Source: a bacterium (GTDB lineage: Bacteria; UBA8248). Taken from it: a stretch of 64,000 nt of DNA. Of the stretch, positions 1 through 12,378 are shown piece by piece. The stretch lies in the NCBI GenBank assembly GCA_965207065.1, contig OZ242260.1, forward strand, positions 1,120,001 to 1,184,000, given 5' to 3'. The translations under genes were made by a program, and so were the position numbers. Each line of letters opens with the position of its first letter. Position 1 is the stretch's first letter. The notes below the pieces were generated by a model. That model searched no databases, was not told the DNA's origin, and saw nothing but the letters and a program-made list of their open reading frames with translations.

Positions 1-990
1 CTCAAGGGCGCGCCCGCCCTTTTCATCTCGAACCGGCTCTATCTCCCCTATGCCAAGAAGATGAGCATCATCGCGAAGACAGAGGCCGTGGACTACGAGC
101 CGGGGCTCAAGGTCGAGGGACGCATCCGCGAATTGGGGCTTGCGAAAGGAACCATCGGCCTGGTCGGCTTTCGCGGCATTCTGCCCGTGTCCATGCCGTT
201 CAGCGTGGTGGATCACTGGCGTAAAGCTCTTAAAAGTGCGAGCTTTACGGACGCCTCGGACATTCTCGCCGAGGTCCGGCTCATCAAGAGCCGTGAGGAA
301 CTCAAGTGGTTCCGGCGCGGCGCGGCTCTTACGGACATGGCCTTCGAGGCTCTGGATAAAAAAGCAAAGACAGGCATGAGCGAGTTCGAACTCGCCGCCA
401 CCATCTCCGGCGCATACGTGCCCAAAGGCGGAAGCCCGCAGCTCATTTTCGTGGGTTCGACCTCCATGGCGAGGCCGCAGCTAATCTTCCCGAACCAGTT
501 CCCGTCGCACCGCAAGATAAGAAAAGGCGATATCGTGCTGACGGAACTATCCGCCGATTACGAAATGCACCCCGGCCAGGCGCACCGGCCCATCTCCGTC
601 GGCGTGGAACCGACCCCCATCTACAGGAAACTCTACGAGGTTGGCGTTGAGGCCTACGAGCGGATACTCAAGGCATTGAAACCGGGCAACACGCACGAGG
701 ACATCAAGCGCGCAGGCTCCATCATCGAGGAGGAGGGCTTCACAACCTTCGACACCACCTTCCACGGCTGGGGACTGCTCATCGAAAACCCCCGCGTCGA
801 CGTGGGTGCTACCATCCTCAAGCGTCCGCAGAACGAGATCACTTTTCAGGAAGGCATGCTCATGGTGATTCAACCCAACGTCTGCACGGCGGACGATAAG
901 CGCGGTCTTCAGGTGGGGAACCTCGTGGAAGTCACCAAGACCGGCGCGCACGCACTCCAGAAATATCCCATGAAGTTCATGCGCATATAA
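1..990 (+). CDS. M24-family (Xaa-Pro peptidase/creatinase-like) hydrolase, 5' partial
   Basis: Frame is open from base 1. RLIKSREE linker and pita-bread fold motifs; canonical metal ligands look degenerate (TELS, HGWG, QP). Confidence 0.8.
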   Translation, partial: LKGAPALFISNRLYLPYAKKMSIIAKTEAVDYEPGLKVEGRIRELGLAKGTIGLVGFRGILPVSMPFSVVDHWRKALKSASFTDASDILAEVRLIKSREELKWFRRGAALTDMAFEALDKKAKTGMSEFELAATISGAYVPKGGSPQLIFVGSTSMARPQLIFPNQFPSHRKIRKGDIVLTELSADYEMHPGQAHRPISVGVEPTPIYRKLYEVGVEAYERILKALKPGNTHEDIKRAGSIIEEEGFTTFDTTFHGWGLLIENPRVDVGATILKRPQNEITFQEGMLMVIQPNVCTADDKRGLQVGNLVEVTKTGAHALQKYPMKFMRI

Positions 991-1028
991 AAAGCCGCCC
1001 CGCTGGCTCATCCTGCGGGGCGACTTTT
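990..1028. terminator. Bidirectional intrinsic terminator between convergent genes
   Basis: AAAAG-CCGCCCCGC...GCGGGGCG-ACTTTT stem flanked by A and T tracts. Confidence 0.65.
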
Positions 1029-1041
1029 ATGATCAGGAGAA

Positions 1042-1485
1042 TCAGTTTGCCGGCATGGCCGCGATCTGCTTGCCAAGGTCTTCGGCGAGGGGAGAACCCA
1101 GGCTTTTCAACTTTTGTAAATCCGCCCGTGCAGCCGCCTTGTTTCCGGCCATGACGTGGGCGACGCCCCTGTATTCGAGAGCGGGGGCGTAGTCGGGCTT
1201 GATGGAGAGCGCTTTGTTATAGGCGGCGATGGCATCTTTCGCCTTGCCCATCTTCCTCAAAGAATAGCCCAGCATGTTGAAGGCCTTGTAATGCTGCCCG
1301 TCTTCTTCGATCACTTTACGGAAAAGGGTTGCTGCCTCCTCCCATTTGCCCTGCCGCGCCTTTTCCTCTCCTTGCGCATAATTCTGTCCGGCCATCTCGG
1401 GTTTGGGATCCCCCGCCGGATGAGAGGGCGCCGCCAGAGCGAGTGAAATCACGACCGCAAAAATAACGAGAGACAAAATTTTCAT
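1042..1485 (-). CDS. Secreted tetratricopeptide-repeat protein
   Basis: Signal peptide MKILSLVIFAVVISLALA; TPR motifs (AFNMLGYSLRKMG, ALEYRGVAHV). Confidence 0.8.
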   Translation of the reverse strand: MKILSLVIFAVVISLALAAPSHPAGDPKPEMAGQNYAQGEEKARQGKWEEAATLFRKVIEEDGQHYKAFNMLGYSLRKMGKAKDAIAAYNKALSIKPDYAPALEYRGVAHVMAGNKAAARADLQKLKSLGSPLAEDLGKQIAAMPAN

Positions 1486-1595
1486 GACATCATCTCCTGG
1501 AAACGAAACTTCCATTTTCAGACGGCATATTTTGATTGGTTGCACTTATCGATCAATCAGATCGATACATGAATTTCGGCCTCATGTATACGGCA

Positions 1596-1640
1596 AAAAA
1601 AGAGGGCTGTCATTCACCCTTTCGGGTAAGCAACAGCCCC
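1596..1640 (-). terminator. Intrinsic terminator of atp operon
   Basis: GGGCTGT...ACAGCCC stem followed by a T-run on the minus strand just after the atpC stop. Confidence 0.6.
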
Positions 1641-1655
1641 CAAGCGAAATGCCCG

Positions 1656-2081
1656 TTAGTTATTGAGGCCGCTTTGGTTCGCCACGGAAATGCGGGTGAT
1701 GGCGCGCTTCAAGGACAACTCGGCGCGATCGAAATCGAGTTCTTCCTCGCTCTTCTGGCCCCCCATGCGCTCCTGCGCGCGCTGGCGCGATTCCCGCGCA
1801 CGCGCGGCGTCGATGTCTTCGGCCCGCTCGGCGCTCTCCGCCAGGATGGTTATCTTGTCGGGACCCACCTCGGCGTATCCGTCGATGATCGAGATGAAAT
1901 ACCGAGCGCTGCCCGTGCGGTAGCTGAGCACGCCGACGCCGAGCTGGCACAGATAGGGCGTATGCTGGGGCAATACACCGAACTCGCCGTAAAACCCCGG
2001 AGCCGTCACCTCGTCCACCTCGGCGGAGACGAGCTTTCGCTCGGGCGTTACGATGTCGAGCATCATCTTGCCTTCAACCAT
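1656..2081 (-). CDS. atpC: ATP synthase F1 epsilon subunit
   Basis: LDIVTPER...GEFGVLPQHTP; position after atpD. Confidence 0.95.
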   Translation of the reverse strand: MVEGKMMLDIVTPERKLVSAEVDEVTAPGFYGEFGVLPQHTPYLCQLGVGVLSYRTGSARYFISIIDGYAEVGPDKITILAESAERAEDIDAARARESRQRAQERMGGQKSEEELDFDRAELSLKRAITRISVANQSGLNN

Positions 2082-2085
2082 TCTC

Positions 2086-3546
<1,461 letters not shown>

Positions 3547-3593
3547 TCATCGAGCGACTCTGTTCGGGGATGTTTTCTCTGATCCGTAATCCT

Positions 3594-4475
3594 CTACGCC
3601 AACGCATCGGCCCCGGCCACCACTTCGAGCAACTCCGTGGTGATCGAAGCCTGGCGTACACGGTTCATCTGCAACGTCAGCGTCCCTATCATCTCCTCGG
3701 CGTTTCTGGACGCGTTGTCCATTGCCGTCATTCGGGCGCCGAACTCGCTCGCCTCCGCATCGAGGAGCGACCTGTAGATCTGCACCCGCACGTGTCTCGG
3801 CAAGATGCTGTCCAGCACGCCCTCCATCGAGGGCTCGTAAATATATTCCGCCGCCACGGGCTCGCCTTGCTCGTCGATAGACTCGGGCACCGGGGGGGCC
3901 AGGGGCAGAAGACGCGAGAGCCTCGGGTTCTGGCTCAGAATCGTGCGAAATTCCGTGGTGATGATGTGGACCTCATCGAATCCCTCTTCAAGATACGCCT
4001 TGGTCAAGATTTCGGCCAATTTTGCGGCGAGAGCAAAGTCAATCTTCCCGTAGACATCGGTGAACTGCTCCTTGAACCCAAATTCCCGTCGCGCGAGGAA
4101 ATCACGGCCCTTGCGGCCCACGACGATTATCTCTGTCTCTTTACCTTCTTCCTCGCGCTTTCTCAGGAACTGAAATGCCTGACGAAGCAAATTGGTGTTG
4201 TAGCCGCCGCAAAGACCCTTGTCCGAGGTGATGACGAGAAGAAGCACCCTGTCGTCCTTCATATCGTCGCGTAGAAGGGGGTGCGTGTCCGCCGAGACTT
4301 TCGCGGCCAGCGAATTCACCAGCTCTTCAATCTTCTCGCTGTAGGGCCGGGCGCTCTCGATGCGCTCCTGCGCTCTCCGCACCTTTGAAGCAGCCACGAG
4401 CTTCATCGCTCTCGTGATCTGCTGGGTGTTCTTTACGCTGCGTATGCGGCGCTTATAATCTCTGGTAGAGGCCAT
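3594..4475 (-). CDS. atpG: ATP synthase F1 gamma subunit
   Basis: ITRAMKLVAASK, RMTAMDNAS, RQASITTELLEV. Confidence 0.99.
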   Translation of the reverse strand: MASTRDYKRRIRSVKNTQQITRAMKLVAASKVRRAQERIESARPYSEKIEELVNSLAAKVSADTHPLLRDDMKDDRVLLLVITSDKGLCGGYNTNLLRQAFQFLRKREEEGKETEIIVVGRKGRDFLARREFGFKEQFTDVYGKIDFALAAKLAEILTKAYLEEGFDEVHIITTEFRTILSQNPRLSRLLPLAPPVPESIDEQGEPVAAEYIYEPSMEGVLDSILPRHVRVQIYRSLLDAEASEFGARMTAMDNASRNAEEMIGTLTLQMNRVRQASITTELLEVVAGADALA

Positions 4476-4482
4476 TTTTCAC

Positions 4483-6024
4483 CTATTCCGCCGCGGCAGC
4501 TGCCGCTTCGGGCTCCGCAGTCTGGAGCGTCTTCATGAATTCCTCACACGCGGCCCGCAAGCCCTCGGTGATCTCGTCGGTCAACTCGCGCTTTTCAATC
4601 AAATCGTTCACCAGCTGCGAGTGACTCGTCTCCATATAGGTCAGGAAGTCGTTGTTCACTTTTTCAATTTCATCGATTTCCACGTTATCGAGATAGCCCT
4701 GCGTGCCCAGGAAGATTGACATGGTCTGGCGGTGTACTATCTCGGGCGCATACTGGGGCTGTTTGAGCAGTTCCGTCAGGCGTGAACCACGGGCCAACTG
4801 CGCTTGCGTGGCCGCGTCGAGTTCGGAGCCGAACTGCGCGAAAGCCGCCATCTCGCGATACTGCGCCAAATCGAGGCGCAAAGTGCCAGCCACCTTTTTC
4901 ATCGCCCTGTTCTGTGCGGCGCCTCCCACACGGGAGACGGAAAGACCCACGTTGATGGCGGGCCGGATGCCCGAGTGGAACAGGGCGGATTCGAGATAAA
5001 TCTGCCCGTCGGTGATGGAGATCACGTTCGTCGGGATATAGGCCGACACGTCACCCGCCTGCGTCTCGATGATGGGCAGGGCCGTGAGCGAACCACCGCC
5101 CAAGTCGTCGTTCAGCTTGGCCGCGCGCTCCAGAAGACGCGAATGCAGGTAGAAGACGTCTCCGGGATAGGCCTCGCGGCCCGGCGGGCGCCTGAGCATG
5201 AGAGAAAGCTGGCGATAGGCCGCCGCCTGTTTCGAAAGGTCGTCATAGATAATCAGCGCGTGCATGCCGTTGTCGCGGAAATATTCGCCGATAGCGCACC
5301 CTGCATACGGGGAGATGTACTGCAGAGGCGCCGGGTCTGACGCCGTGGCCGCCACGACGACGGTGTAGTCCATCGCGCCGTATTCCTCAAGCGTGCTCAC
5401 CACCTGCGCGAGCGTGGAACGTTTTTGGCCGGTGCAGACGTAGATGCAATACACGTCGGTGTTTTTCTGGTTGATGATGGCGTCGATCGCGATAGCGGTC
5501 TTGCCGGTCTGCCTGTCGCCGATGATGAGTTCGCGTTGCCCGCGGCCAATCGGCACCATGCCGTCGATCGCCTTGATGCCCGTCTGCAAAGGTTCTTTCA
5601 CGGGCTGGCGCTCCACCACGCCGGGGGCGATAACCTCAAGGTTTTGGGTATCATCGGTCTCGATGGGGCCTTTTCCGTCGATGGGCTGGCCCAGCGCGTT
5701 CACGACGCGTCCGGCCAGCGCCTTGCCGACGGGCACCTCGACAATTCGGCCCGTGCGCCGGACCTCGTCACCCTCCTTGATGGCGCGATCATCGCCTAAG
5801 AGCACGGCGCCGACGTTGTCAGTTTCGAGGTTGAGCGCCATCCCAAACAAATCACCGGGGAAGGCCAGCAACTCACCGGCCATGCACTTCTCGAGACCAT
5901 AGATACGGGCGATGCCGTCGCCCACCGAAATGACGCTGCCGGTCTCGGCGAGTTCGACCGAGGCGTCGAAACCCTCGATTTGTTTCTGAATGATCTGGCT
6001 GATTTCTTCGGCGCGAATCTGCAT
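4483..6024 (-). CDS. atpA: ATP synthase F1 alpha subunit
   Basis: MQIRAEEIS start, [23 protein letters not shown]. Confidence 0.99.
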   Translation of the reverse strand: MQIRAEEISQIIQKQIEGFDASVELAETGSVISVGDGIARIYGLEKCMAGELLAFPGDLFGMALNLETDNVGAVLLGDDRAIKEGDEVRRTGRIVEVPVGKALAGRVVNALGQPIDGKGPIETDDTQNLEVIAPGVVERQPVKEPLQTGIKAIDGMVPIGRGQRELIIGDRQTGKTAIAIDAIINQKNTDVYCIYVCTGQKRSTLAQVVSTLEEYGAMDYTVVVAATASDPAPLQYISPYAGCAIGEYFRDNGMHALIIYDDLSKQAAAYRQLSLMLRRPPGREAYPGDVFYLHSRLLERAAKLNDDLGGGSLTALPIIETQAGDVSAYIPTNVISITDGQIYLESALFHSGIRPAINVGLSVSRVGGAAQNRAMKKVAGTLRLDLAQYREMAAFAQFGSELDAATQAQLARGSRLTELLKQPQYAPEIVHRQTMSIFLGTQGYLDNVEIDEIEKVNNDFLTYMETSHSQLVNDLIEKRELTDEITEGLRAACEEFMKTLQTAEPEAAAAAAE

Positions 6025-6062
6025 GGATTGCCCCCTTGATCCTTCAACTTGTTCTTGGAGTA

Positions 6063-6605
6063 TCAACTCGTAATCAACGTATTCCTTAAATTGCGTAGCT
6101 GGTTCTTGATGCTGCCGTCCATAATGACGCCGCCCACGCGACAGACCAGCCCGCCAATCAGTGTCTCGTCCGTCTCCACTTCCATGAGTACCTCACGGCC
6201 CGTAATCTCGGAGAGCTTTTCGCGCAGCCCCTCGATTGCCTCTGCATCCAGGTCGTAGGCCGCCTTCACCTGCGCGCGAACCCGGCCGCGTCTCTCATCC
6301 GCAAGCTGCTGGTAGCTGTGCGCCATATCGGTGAGTTCGCCGATGCGGTCTTTCTCGGCCACCACACGTACGAAGTTGCGCAACAACTCGTCTGCGCCCG
6401 ATGCGGCCATAATCTCATCGAGTATCTTTACCCGCTCAGCGCGCGCGAAACGTGGGTTGAGTAAAACGCGCCGCAACTCCTGGTTACCCTGAAACTCGCC
6501 CGCTATCTCCGACAGCGCTTCTCCGGTTTCATCCAGAACGCCACGGCTCTCGGCAATGTCCACCAACGCTCGCGCATAGCGGCGCGCCGCCTCGCCACCA
6601 ATCAC
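6063..6605 (-). CDS. atpH: ATP synthase F1 delta subunit
   Basis: AARRYARAL...[17 protein letters not shown]. Confidence 0.95.
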   Translation of the reverse strand: MIGGEAARRYARALVDIAESRGVLDETGEALSEIAGEFQGNQELRRVLLNPRFARAERVKILDEIMAASGADELLRNFVRVVAEKDRIGELTDMAHSYQQLADERRGRVRAQVKAAYDLDAEAIEGLREKLSEITGREVLMEVETDETLIGGLVCRVGGVIMDGSIKNQLRNLRNTLITS

Positions 6606-7204
6606 AGCGATCCTCCGTTTCTATCTTCGAGCTTGGCGAGATAGTTTTCGACAAATCTTTCCTGATCCGCCTCGCCCAAATCTTTTCTGAGCATCTCCTC
6701 GGCCAGGTTCAACGCCAGACTCGCCGCCTGATTCTGTAGATCCGCGCGCGCCTTGGACGCCTCGAGCTCGATGGTCGTTCTCGTCTGCTCGAGCAGTCGC
6801 TGCGCCTGATTCTCCTGTTCTTCTTCGAGTCTCTCCCGCATCGCGGCGCGCTCTTTTTCACCCTGTTCGCGAACGCGCACGAGTTCGGCTTCCAGATCGG
6901 CCACCTTGGAACGTTGCTCGGCAAGCTCTTTTTCCGCCTCCTCGCGGGCCGCCCGGGATTCCTCGAGCGCCTTGCGTATTCCCTCTCTTCTGCCCTTGAG
7001 GAAGTTCCTGATGGGGTGATACGCGACCTTGTAGAGAATGCCCACGACGATGAGCGTGTTGACGATCTTGAAGAGTTCCTCGGTGAAGCTGAACGCCTTG
7101 GCGTGCGCTCCGGCCTCCGCGGCCAGTACCCATTCCGCAGAAAGCAGGGCCGCCACAAGAACCAGAAGGCCCGAAAGGCTGCTGAATTTTTTCTCTGAAA
7201 GCAC
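6602..7204 (-). CDS. atpF: ATP synthase Fo subunit b
   Basis: N-terminal TM segments followed by charged coiled coil; operon position. Confidence 0.9.
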   Translation of the reverse strand: MLSEKKFSSLSGLLVLVAALLSAEWVLAAEAGAHAKAFSFTEELFKIVNTLIVVGILYKVAYHPIRNFLKGRREGIRKALEESRAAREEAEKELAEQRSKVADLEAELVRVREQGEKERAAMRERLEEEQENQAQRLLEQTRTTIELEASKARADLQNQAASLALNLAEEMLRKDLGEADQERFVENYLAKLEDRNGGSL

Positions 7205-7219
7205 GGCTTGTCGAATCCT

Positions 7220-7798
7220 CTATGCGATGCTGCGGCCCGCAAGCCTTGTGGCGATTTCACCCGCCAGCCGGCTGGCGCTACTCTCGAGTTCGGAAGCCGC
7301 CTGTTTCGCCTGCGCCGCGATGGACTGACGCGTTTCCTCTATCTCACGGTTCGTTCGCTCGCGAACCCCATCGAGGCGATTGCGGGTCGCTTCTGTCATC
7401 TCCTGCTGGAGCGCGATGAGGGCTTCCGTATTCTCGCGCTGAATCTCCGCCAGGGCGTCCTCGTACTGGCTGATGTAGCCCGCCGCCTCGCTCTTGTCGC
7501 GCTCGGCAGTTTCGAGGTCGCCGGTGATCTGCGCGTCACGCGATTCCATGTGACTCAGCAGTGGTTTAATCAGTATTTTGTTGAGGACGATCAACAGGAT
7601 CAGGAAGTTGGTCCACTGAATCAGGATGACGATCGGATTGATGACGAGGGCGCCGCTTCCCACGTTGAAGCTCGCGAGCCATGCGCCGAAACCGCTCGTG
7701 GGGGCGCTCGCAGCCCAGGATATGGACGGCGCGACCAGTAGCATGAGAATCTGCGTCAGGCCGAATACGAATCGTTTCAAACGAAAAAGGCGGACCAT
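7220..7798 (-). CDS. atpF2: ATP synthase Fo subunit b'
   Basis: IQWTNFLILLIVLNKILIKP TM plus coiled coil; first gene of the split atpF'FHAGDC operon. Confidence 0.88.
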   Translation of the reverse strand: MVRLFRLKRFVFGLTQILMLLVAPSISWAASAPTSGFGAWLASFNVGSGALVINPIVILIQWTNFLILLIVLNKILIKPLLSHMESRDAQITGDLETAERDKSEAAGYISQYEDALAEIQRENTEALIALQQEMTEATRNRLDGVRERTNREIEETRQSIAAQAKQAASELESSASRLAGEIATRLAGRSIA

Positions 7799-8121
7799 CG
7801 TTTCCTCTGCATCATGCCCTATAGAGCACAAACCCATCCCAAGGAGATTCGGGCGCTTCCACGAAAAACCGTCGGGGAATGGCGTATGAAATCGTATGGT
7901 TTTCAAGGGCATGGCTTGATGACCTGCCCCGAAAAACGCTTAAAACTACCCACAGCCATGGTCGAAGTCAAGCCCCGGAGGAATTTTTTACAACTTCCCG
8001 AATTCAGGGTGTTCGGCCTTCGTTCTCCGGTACGCTACACCTCCTCGCGCCAGGGGATTTGTGCTATTTTCCAAACAATCCCGAAACTCCCGTATCACCT
8101 GCCTCATTCATGGAGATAGCA

Positions 8122-9114
8122 ATGAAATTCGTTACTTTCGAAATCGCCACCCCTCTCGGAAACGTCCCCCGTGTCGGCGCTCTGGCTGAAGGTGCGGGCG
8201 ATCCAATCGCCCTGGACCTCGCCCACGGCTACGCCGCGCTCCTGCAGGAAGAAGGTGCTGAGCCTCGTTTTCTTGAATACGCAGACTTCAGGCTTCCCCA
8301 GGATATGTGCGAATTGATGGCGGGCGGGGAACCATCCCTCCAAGCCGCCCGGGCGGCGCAGGAATACATTCTGGCGAACCCTGCCAGACGCGGGCCGGAT
8401 GGAGAGCAAATTACCTTCTCCCTTCAAGAGGTTCGTTTGCGCGCACCGGTGCCCCGGCCTGTCACGTTTCGCGATTTTCTGATCCACGAGGGACACAAGG
8501 CCGCGGGCGCGCGTCGCAGAAACACTGCCATCGATCCCACCTGGTACGAGCTTCCTTCCTGCTACAAGGGAAACCGCCTGACTATCATCGGCCCGGATGA
8601 CGAACTCAAATGGCCTCACTACACCAAAAAACTCGACTATGAACTCGAACTCGCCATGTTCATCGGAAAGTGCGGCAAGGACATCTCTCAGGAAAACGCC
8701 ATGGATCACGTATTCGGCTTCAGCGTTCTGAATGATTTCAGCGCGCGCGACATCCAGATTGAGGAGATGAAAAACTGGCTAGGGCCCCACAAGGGCAAGG
8801 ATTTCGGCACGGCGATCGGCCCTTGCGTAGTCACGACGGATGAGTTCGACCCCACCAACGCGGTGATGATCGCCCGCGTCAACGGTGAGGAATGGAGCCG
8901 GGGCAACGCGGGCGACGCCTACTATTCATGGAACAAGATGATCGAATACGCCTCGATGGAGGAAGAACTGGTTCCGGGAGAGATGTTCGGCTCAGGCACC
9001 GTGGCCACGGGCTGCGGGGCGGATCTTGATAAATGGATTAAACCGGGAGACGTCATTGAACTCGAAATCGAGGGAATCGGCGTCCTGCAAAACAAGATTG
9101 TGAGAGAGACTTAA
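8122..9114 (+). CDS. Fumarylacetoacetate hydrolase family protein
   Basis: LDYELEL, NDFSARDIQ, KGKDF, GSGTV motifs; RBS GGAG before ATG 8122. Confidence 0.92.
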   Translation: MKFVTFEIATPLGNVPRVGALAEGAGDPIALDLAHGYAALLQEEGAEPRFLEYADFRLPQDMCELMAGGEPSLQAARAAQEYILANPARRGPDGEQITFSLQEVRLRAPVPRPVTFRDFLIHEGHKAAGARRRNTAIDPTWYELPSCYKGNRLTIIGPDDELKWPHYTKKLDYELELAMFIGKCGKDISQENAMDHVFGFSVLNDFSARDIQIEEMKNWLGPHKGKDFGTAIGPCVVTTDEFDPTNAVMIARVNGEEWSRGNAGDAYYSWNKMIEYASMEEELVPGEMFGSGTVATGCGADLDKWIKPGDVIELEIEGIGVLQNKIVRET

Positions 9115-9635
9115 AGACCGGGTGGCCATTCGCGCAATACAAGCTCCCCGTTCCACATGAGGCCGTGCCGGGGGTAGCCAAGCATGGTCGGAGTTCCCAG
9201 GGCGCGGATTCGGACTCCTTCCAGCAGGCGTGAGACCTGTGCGATTCTTCTCTCGTATTTCTCGGTGTCGACGCCGTTGGGGTTTCCCCAGGCGGCCAGC
9301 ACAACGTCCGCGCCTTGGAGACTCCTCCTTATCCAGACATCGTTCTCTCGCCCCACCATCACCCGGTAGGGATGTGCGTTCAGTTCTTCGGGGTATGGAG
9401 AGCGAAGCGCAAAGAGGTTTACGTACCGGATGCGGCAGAATTTGTTCTTGCGCGCCCAGGCCTCCACTTTCCCCACTGTGGGGTCACTCCTGTCCGCAGA
9501 TGCTGTGGATGGGTTCTTGAGAATAACTGTGAGCACTCCAGCAGGCTCCTCCGCAATCCGCACCTCCAGAAAATAGCGATACCGCCCGTATCGCCGGGGT
9601 GCGCACGTCGTAACCTCCCTCACTTTCTGCACCAT
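9111..9635 (-). CDS. DUF1643 family protein
   Basis: NPSTA...DPTV, VNLFALRSPYP, AAWG, PRH motifs. Confidence 0.8.
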   Translation of the reverse strand: MVQKVREVTTCAPRRYGRYRYFLEVRIAEEPAGVLTVILKNPSTASADRSDPTVGKVEAWARKNKFCRIRYVNLFALRSPYPEELNAHPYRVMVGRENDVWIRRSLQGADVVLAAWGNPNGVDTEKYERRIAQVSRLLEGVRIRALGTPTMLGYPRHGLMWNGELVLREWPPGL

Positions 9636-9699
9636 GCTTTTCCTTCCCGCCTAAAGAGCCATACAATGCCCGCCCGGTCACACAGATGAAAGGACGGCC

Positions 9700-10476
9700 A
9701 TGCCATACGAAAACCTATTGTATGAAGTCGAAGGGCCACTCGCCCTTATCACCATCAACCGCCCCGAGCGGCATAATGCCATATCCCTGGCCACGCTGGA
9801 CGATCTCCACGCCGCAATCGCCGATGCGGCGGCGGATGAAGCCGTCCGCGTCATCGCCATCACCGGAGCGGGCGAAAAGGCGTTCGCCTCAGGCTCGGAC
9901 TTGAAGGAAGTCGAGCACCGAAACCTCGCCATTGCGCTCACCCCGCTTGTGCAAGGGGTGGCGGAGCGACTGGAGAGAACGCCCAAGGCGACAATCGCGG
10001 CGATCAACGGCTATTGCATGGGCGGTGGACTCGAGGTGGCGCTCGGCTGTGATTTGCGTATCGCGACACCTGCCTCGAAATTCGCCACGCCGGAGGGTAG
10101 AATCGGCATCATCCCGGGCGGCGGCGCCACGCAGCGCCTGCCCCGCCTCATCGGACGCGCCTGGGCGATGGAGATGCTCCTGATGGGGGAGACCATCGAT
10201 GCGAAACAAGCACTCGAAATCGGCCTCATCACCCGGCTGGTCGAGCCGGATGAACTTATGCCCACCGTCAAGAAAATGGCCGAAAAACTCGCGGCCTACG
10301 CGCCTTTCGTGCCCCAGTTCATGAAGGCCATGGTGCACTACGGCATGGAGGGCAGCATGACGGCGGGTCTGGCGCTTGAGAAATTCGCCCAGGGTGCGCT
10401 TTGCGAGACCGAGGACAAGGCGGAGGGCCTGCGCGCCTTCATGGAGAAGAGAAAACCCGAATGGAAGGGCAGATGA
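9700..10476 (+). CDS. Enoyl-CoA hydratase/isomerase (crotonase) family
   Basis: INRPERHNA, AFASGSDL, GGGLEVALGCDLR, PGGGATQRLPR. Confidence 0.93.
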   Translation: MPYENLLYEVEGPLALITINRPERHNAISLATLDDLHAAIADAAADEAVRVIAITGAGEKAFASGSDLKEVEHRNLAIALTPLVQGVAERLERTPKATIAAINGYCMGGGLEVALGCDLRIATPASKFATPEGRIGIIPGGGATQRLPRLIGRAWAMEMLLMGETIDAKQALEIGLITRLVEPDELMPTVKKMAEKLAAYAPFVPQFMKAMVHYGMEGSMTAGLALEKFAQGALCETEDKAEGLRAFMEKRKPEWKGR

Positions 10477-10477
10477 G

Positions 10478-10900
10478 TTGAGCCTGAATGTCGCAGGCGT
10501 CCTGGAGACGTGCATCTACGCTGATGATCTCGAAGCGGCGGAGGCGTTCTACCGCTCCGTTTTGGGCCTCGAAGCCTTTCAGAAAGCGCCCGGACGCCAC
10601 GTTTTCTTTTACTGCGGGCCGCACGCCGTCTTCCTCGTCTTCAACCCCGAAGCGACCGCCCGTCCCGACATGAAGCTCGGCGTGCCGACGCACGGCGCGG
10701 CGGGGCCGGGGCACGTGACGTTCTCCATACGCGAGGCCGAGTTGCCCTCCTGGCGGGAGCGGCTGGCCGAACAAGGCGTGGGGGTCGAGAAGGAAGTCGA
10801 CTGGCCCGGTGGCGGTCGCTCCATCTATTTCAGGGACCCGGCGGGGAACAGCGTCGAACTCGCCTCCCCGCGCATCTGGCGGCTTCCAGAGCAATACTAA
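10478..10900 (+). CDS. VOC/glyoxalase family protein
   Basis: LETCIYADDLEAAEAFY...GPGH...SIYFRDPAGNSVEL; TTG start uncertain. Confidence 0.88.
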   Translation: MSLNVAGVLETCIYADDLEAAEAFYRSVLGLEAFQKAPGRHVFFYCGPHAVFLVFNPEATARPDMKLGVPTHGAAGPGHVTFSIREAELPSWRERLAEQGVGVEKEVDWPGGGRSIYFRDPAGNSVELASPRIWRLPEQY

Positions 10901-11199
10901 ACCATAACTCATTGTAAATCCTTATGTTTTAATTTTATTCCGCCGATTTTATTTTCACTTATTTATCGAAAGACACGTTCATGATTCCGTCCCGTGGACA
11001 ATCGTACTAACGGACACCATCATTCAACATAACATACTGAAATAAAATCGGTAATTATCATGTTTTCCTTTCCGCCTCCCCTTGCATTTACGCCATATTT
11101 ACGCTTTAATACTCTCACATTTGATGCCGGACGTATGCGATTTGATTACGGATCGTCCATATCCTCCGTGGCCTGCGACACGATTTCCAGGGAGCGCCC

Positions 11200-12378
11200 A
11201 TGCCGAAAAGAAGCGACACCAAGCTTACCAAACGCGTCGTCGACGTGCTATCCGTCGAGAAGAACGATGCCGTCTTCTGGGACCGGGAGCTGGCCGGCTT
11301 CGGGGTGCGGGTATACGCCACGGGTAGGAAGGTCTACGTGGTGCAGTCCCGAGGGCCGTGGGGACCGAGACGCGTGACGCTGGGCAGACACGGCGAGATG
11401 TCTTGTGATGAGGCGAGGAAACAAGCCGCCCTCGTCATCGACCGCATCAAGCGGGGCGAGGAGCCCGAGCCCAAGCCGCCCGAGGCGGCACCCACCGTGG
11501 CGGGCCTTGCCGGGCGCTTCATGCGCGACCACGCCGGGACGCACTGCAAGCCCGACACCGCTGCGTCGTACCGCTCCTTGATCGGGAACCACGTAGAACC
11601 GGCGCTGGGCGGGATGGCGCTCGCTGATGTTGGGCGGGCGGAGGTATCGGAGTTGCACCACCGGTTGCGAGGGACGCCCGCCGTGGCCAATGCGGTGGCG
11701 GGGCTGCTCTCTAAAATGTTCAAGATGGCCGAGGCGTGGGGCCTGGTTCCTGCCGGGACTAACCCGTGCCGGGGGCTTCGCCGCTACCGGACGCGGAAGC
11801 GCGAGCGGTTCCTGACGCAAGAGGAGTTCCGCCGTCTGGGCCGCGCGCTCCGAGACCTGGAGGCGGAGGGGAGGACGTGGGCGGCTGCGGTGGCGGCGAT
11901 CAGGCTCCTGGCGCTCACCGGTTGCAGGAGGAGCGAGATACTGGACTTGCACTGGGACGACGTGGACCGCACGGCGGGCGAGTTGAGACTTAAAGAAGCC
12001 AAGACGGGCCCGCGCATGGTTCCGCTGACGGAGCCCGTCAAGAGGGTGCTGGACGGGCTCCCCCGCTCGCCGGACAACCCCAGGGTGATCTCCTCGAAGC
12101 ACGGGAAGGGCCGCCTGGGGAACCTCTCCTCCTACTGGGGGGCCGTGAGGGAGCGGGCGGGTCTCGACGACGTGCGGCTCCATGACCTGAGACATAGCTA
12201 CGCATCGCGGGCGCTCGCGCTGGGCGAGAGTCTGTCCGCGATCGGCAGGCTTCTCGGCCACCGGCACGTGGTGAGCACGGCGCGCTACGCGCACCTGATG
12301 CGGGACGCCGAGAAGGCGGCGGCCGCCCGGGTGGGTGAGAGCATAGGCGTCCACGTCACGAACGGGAGGGTCGAGTGA
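11200..12378 (+). CDS. Tyrosine integrase with N-terminal arm-binding domain (copy 1)
   Basis: WDRELAGFGVRV arm domain; intact R (TGCRRSE), HDLRH, LLGH...ARY. Confidence 0.95.
   Translation: MPKRSDTKLTKRVVDVLSVEKNDAVFWDRELAGFGVRVYATGRKVYVVQSRGPWGPRRVTLGRHGEMSCDEARKQAALVIDRIKRGEEPEPKPPEAAPTVAGLAGRFMRDHAGTHCKPDTAASYRSLIGNHVEPALGGMALADVGRAEVSELHHRLRGTPAVANAVAGLLSKMFKMAEAWGLVPAGTNPCRGLRRYRTRKRERFLTQEEFRRLGRALRDLEAEGRTWAAAVAAIRLLALTGCRRSEILDLHWDDVDRTAGELRLKEAKTGPRMVPLTEPVKRVLDGLPRSPDNPRVISSKHGKGRLGNLSSYWGAVRERAGLDDVRLHDLRHSYASRALALGESLSAIGRLLGHRHVVSTARYAHLMRDAEKAAAARVGESIGVHVTNGRVE

Noticed and set aside
11022-11049. Complete dif site
   Set aside because: Only the XerD-like arm matches; the XerC arm is absent
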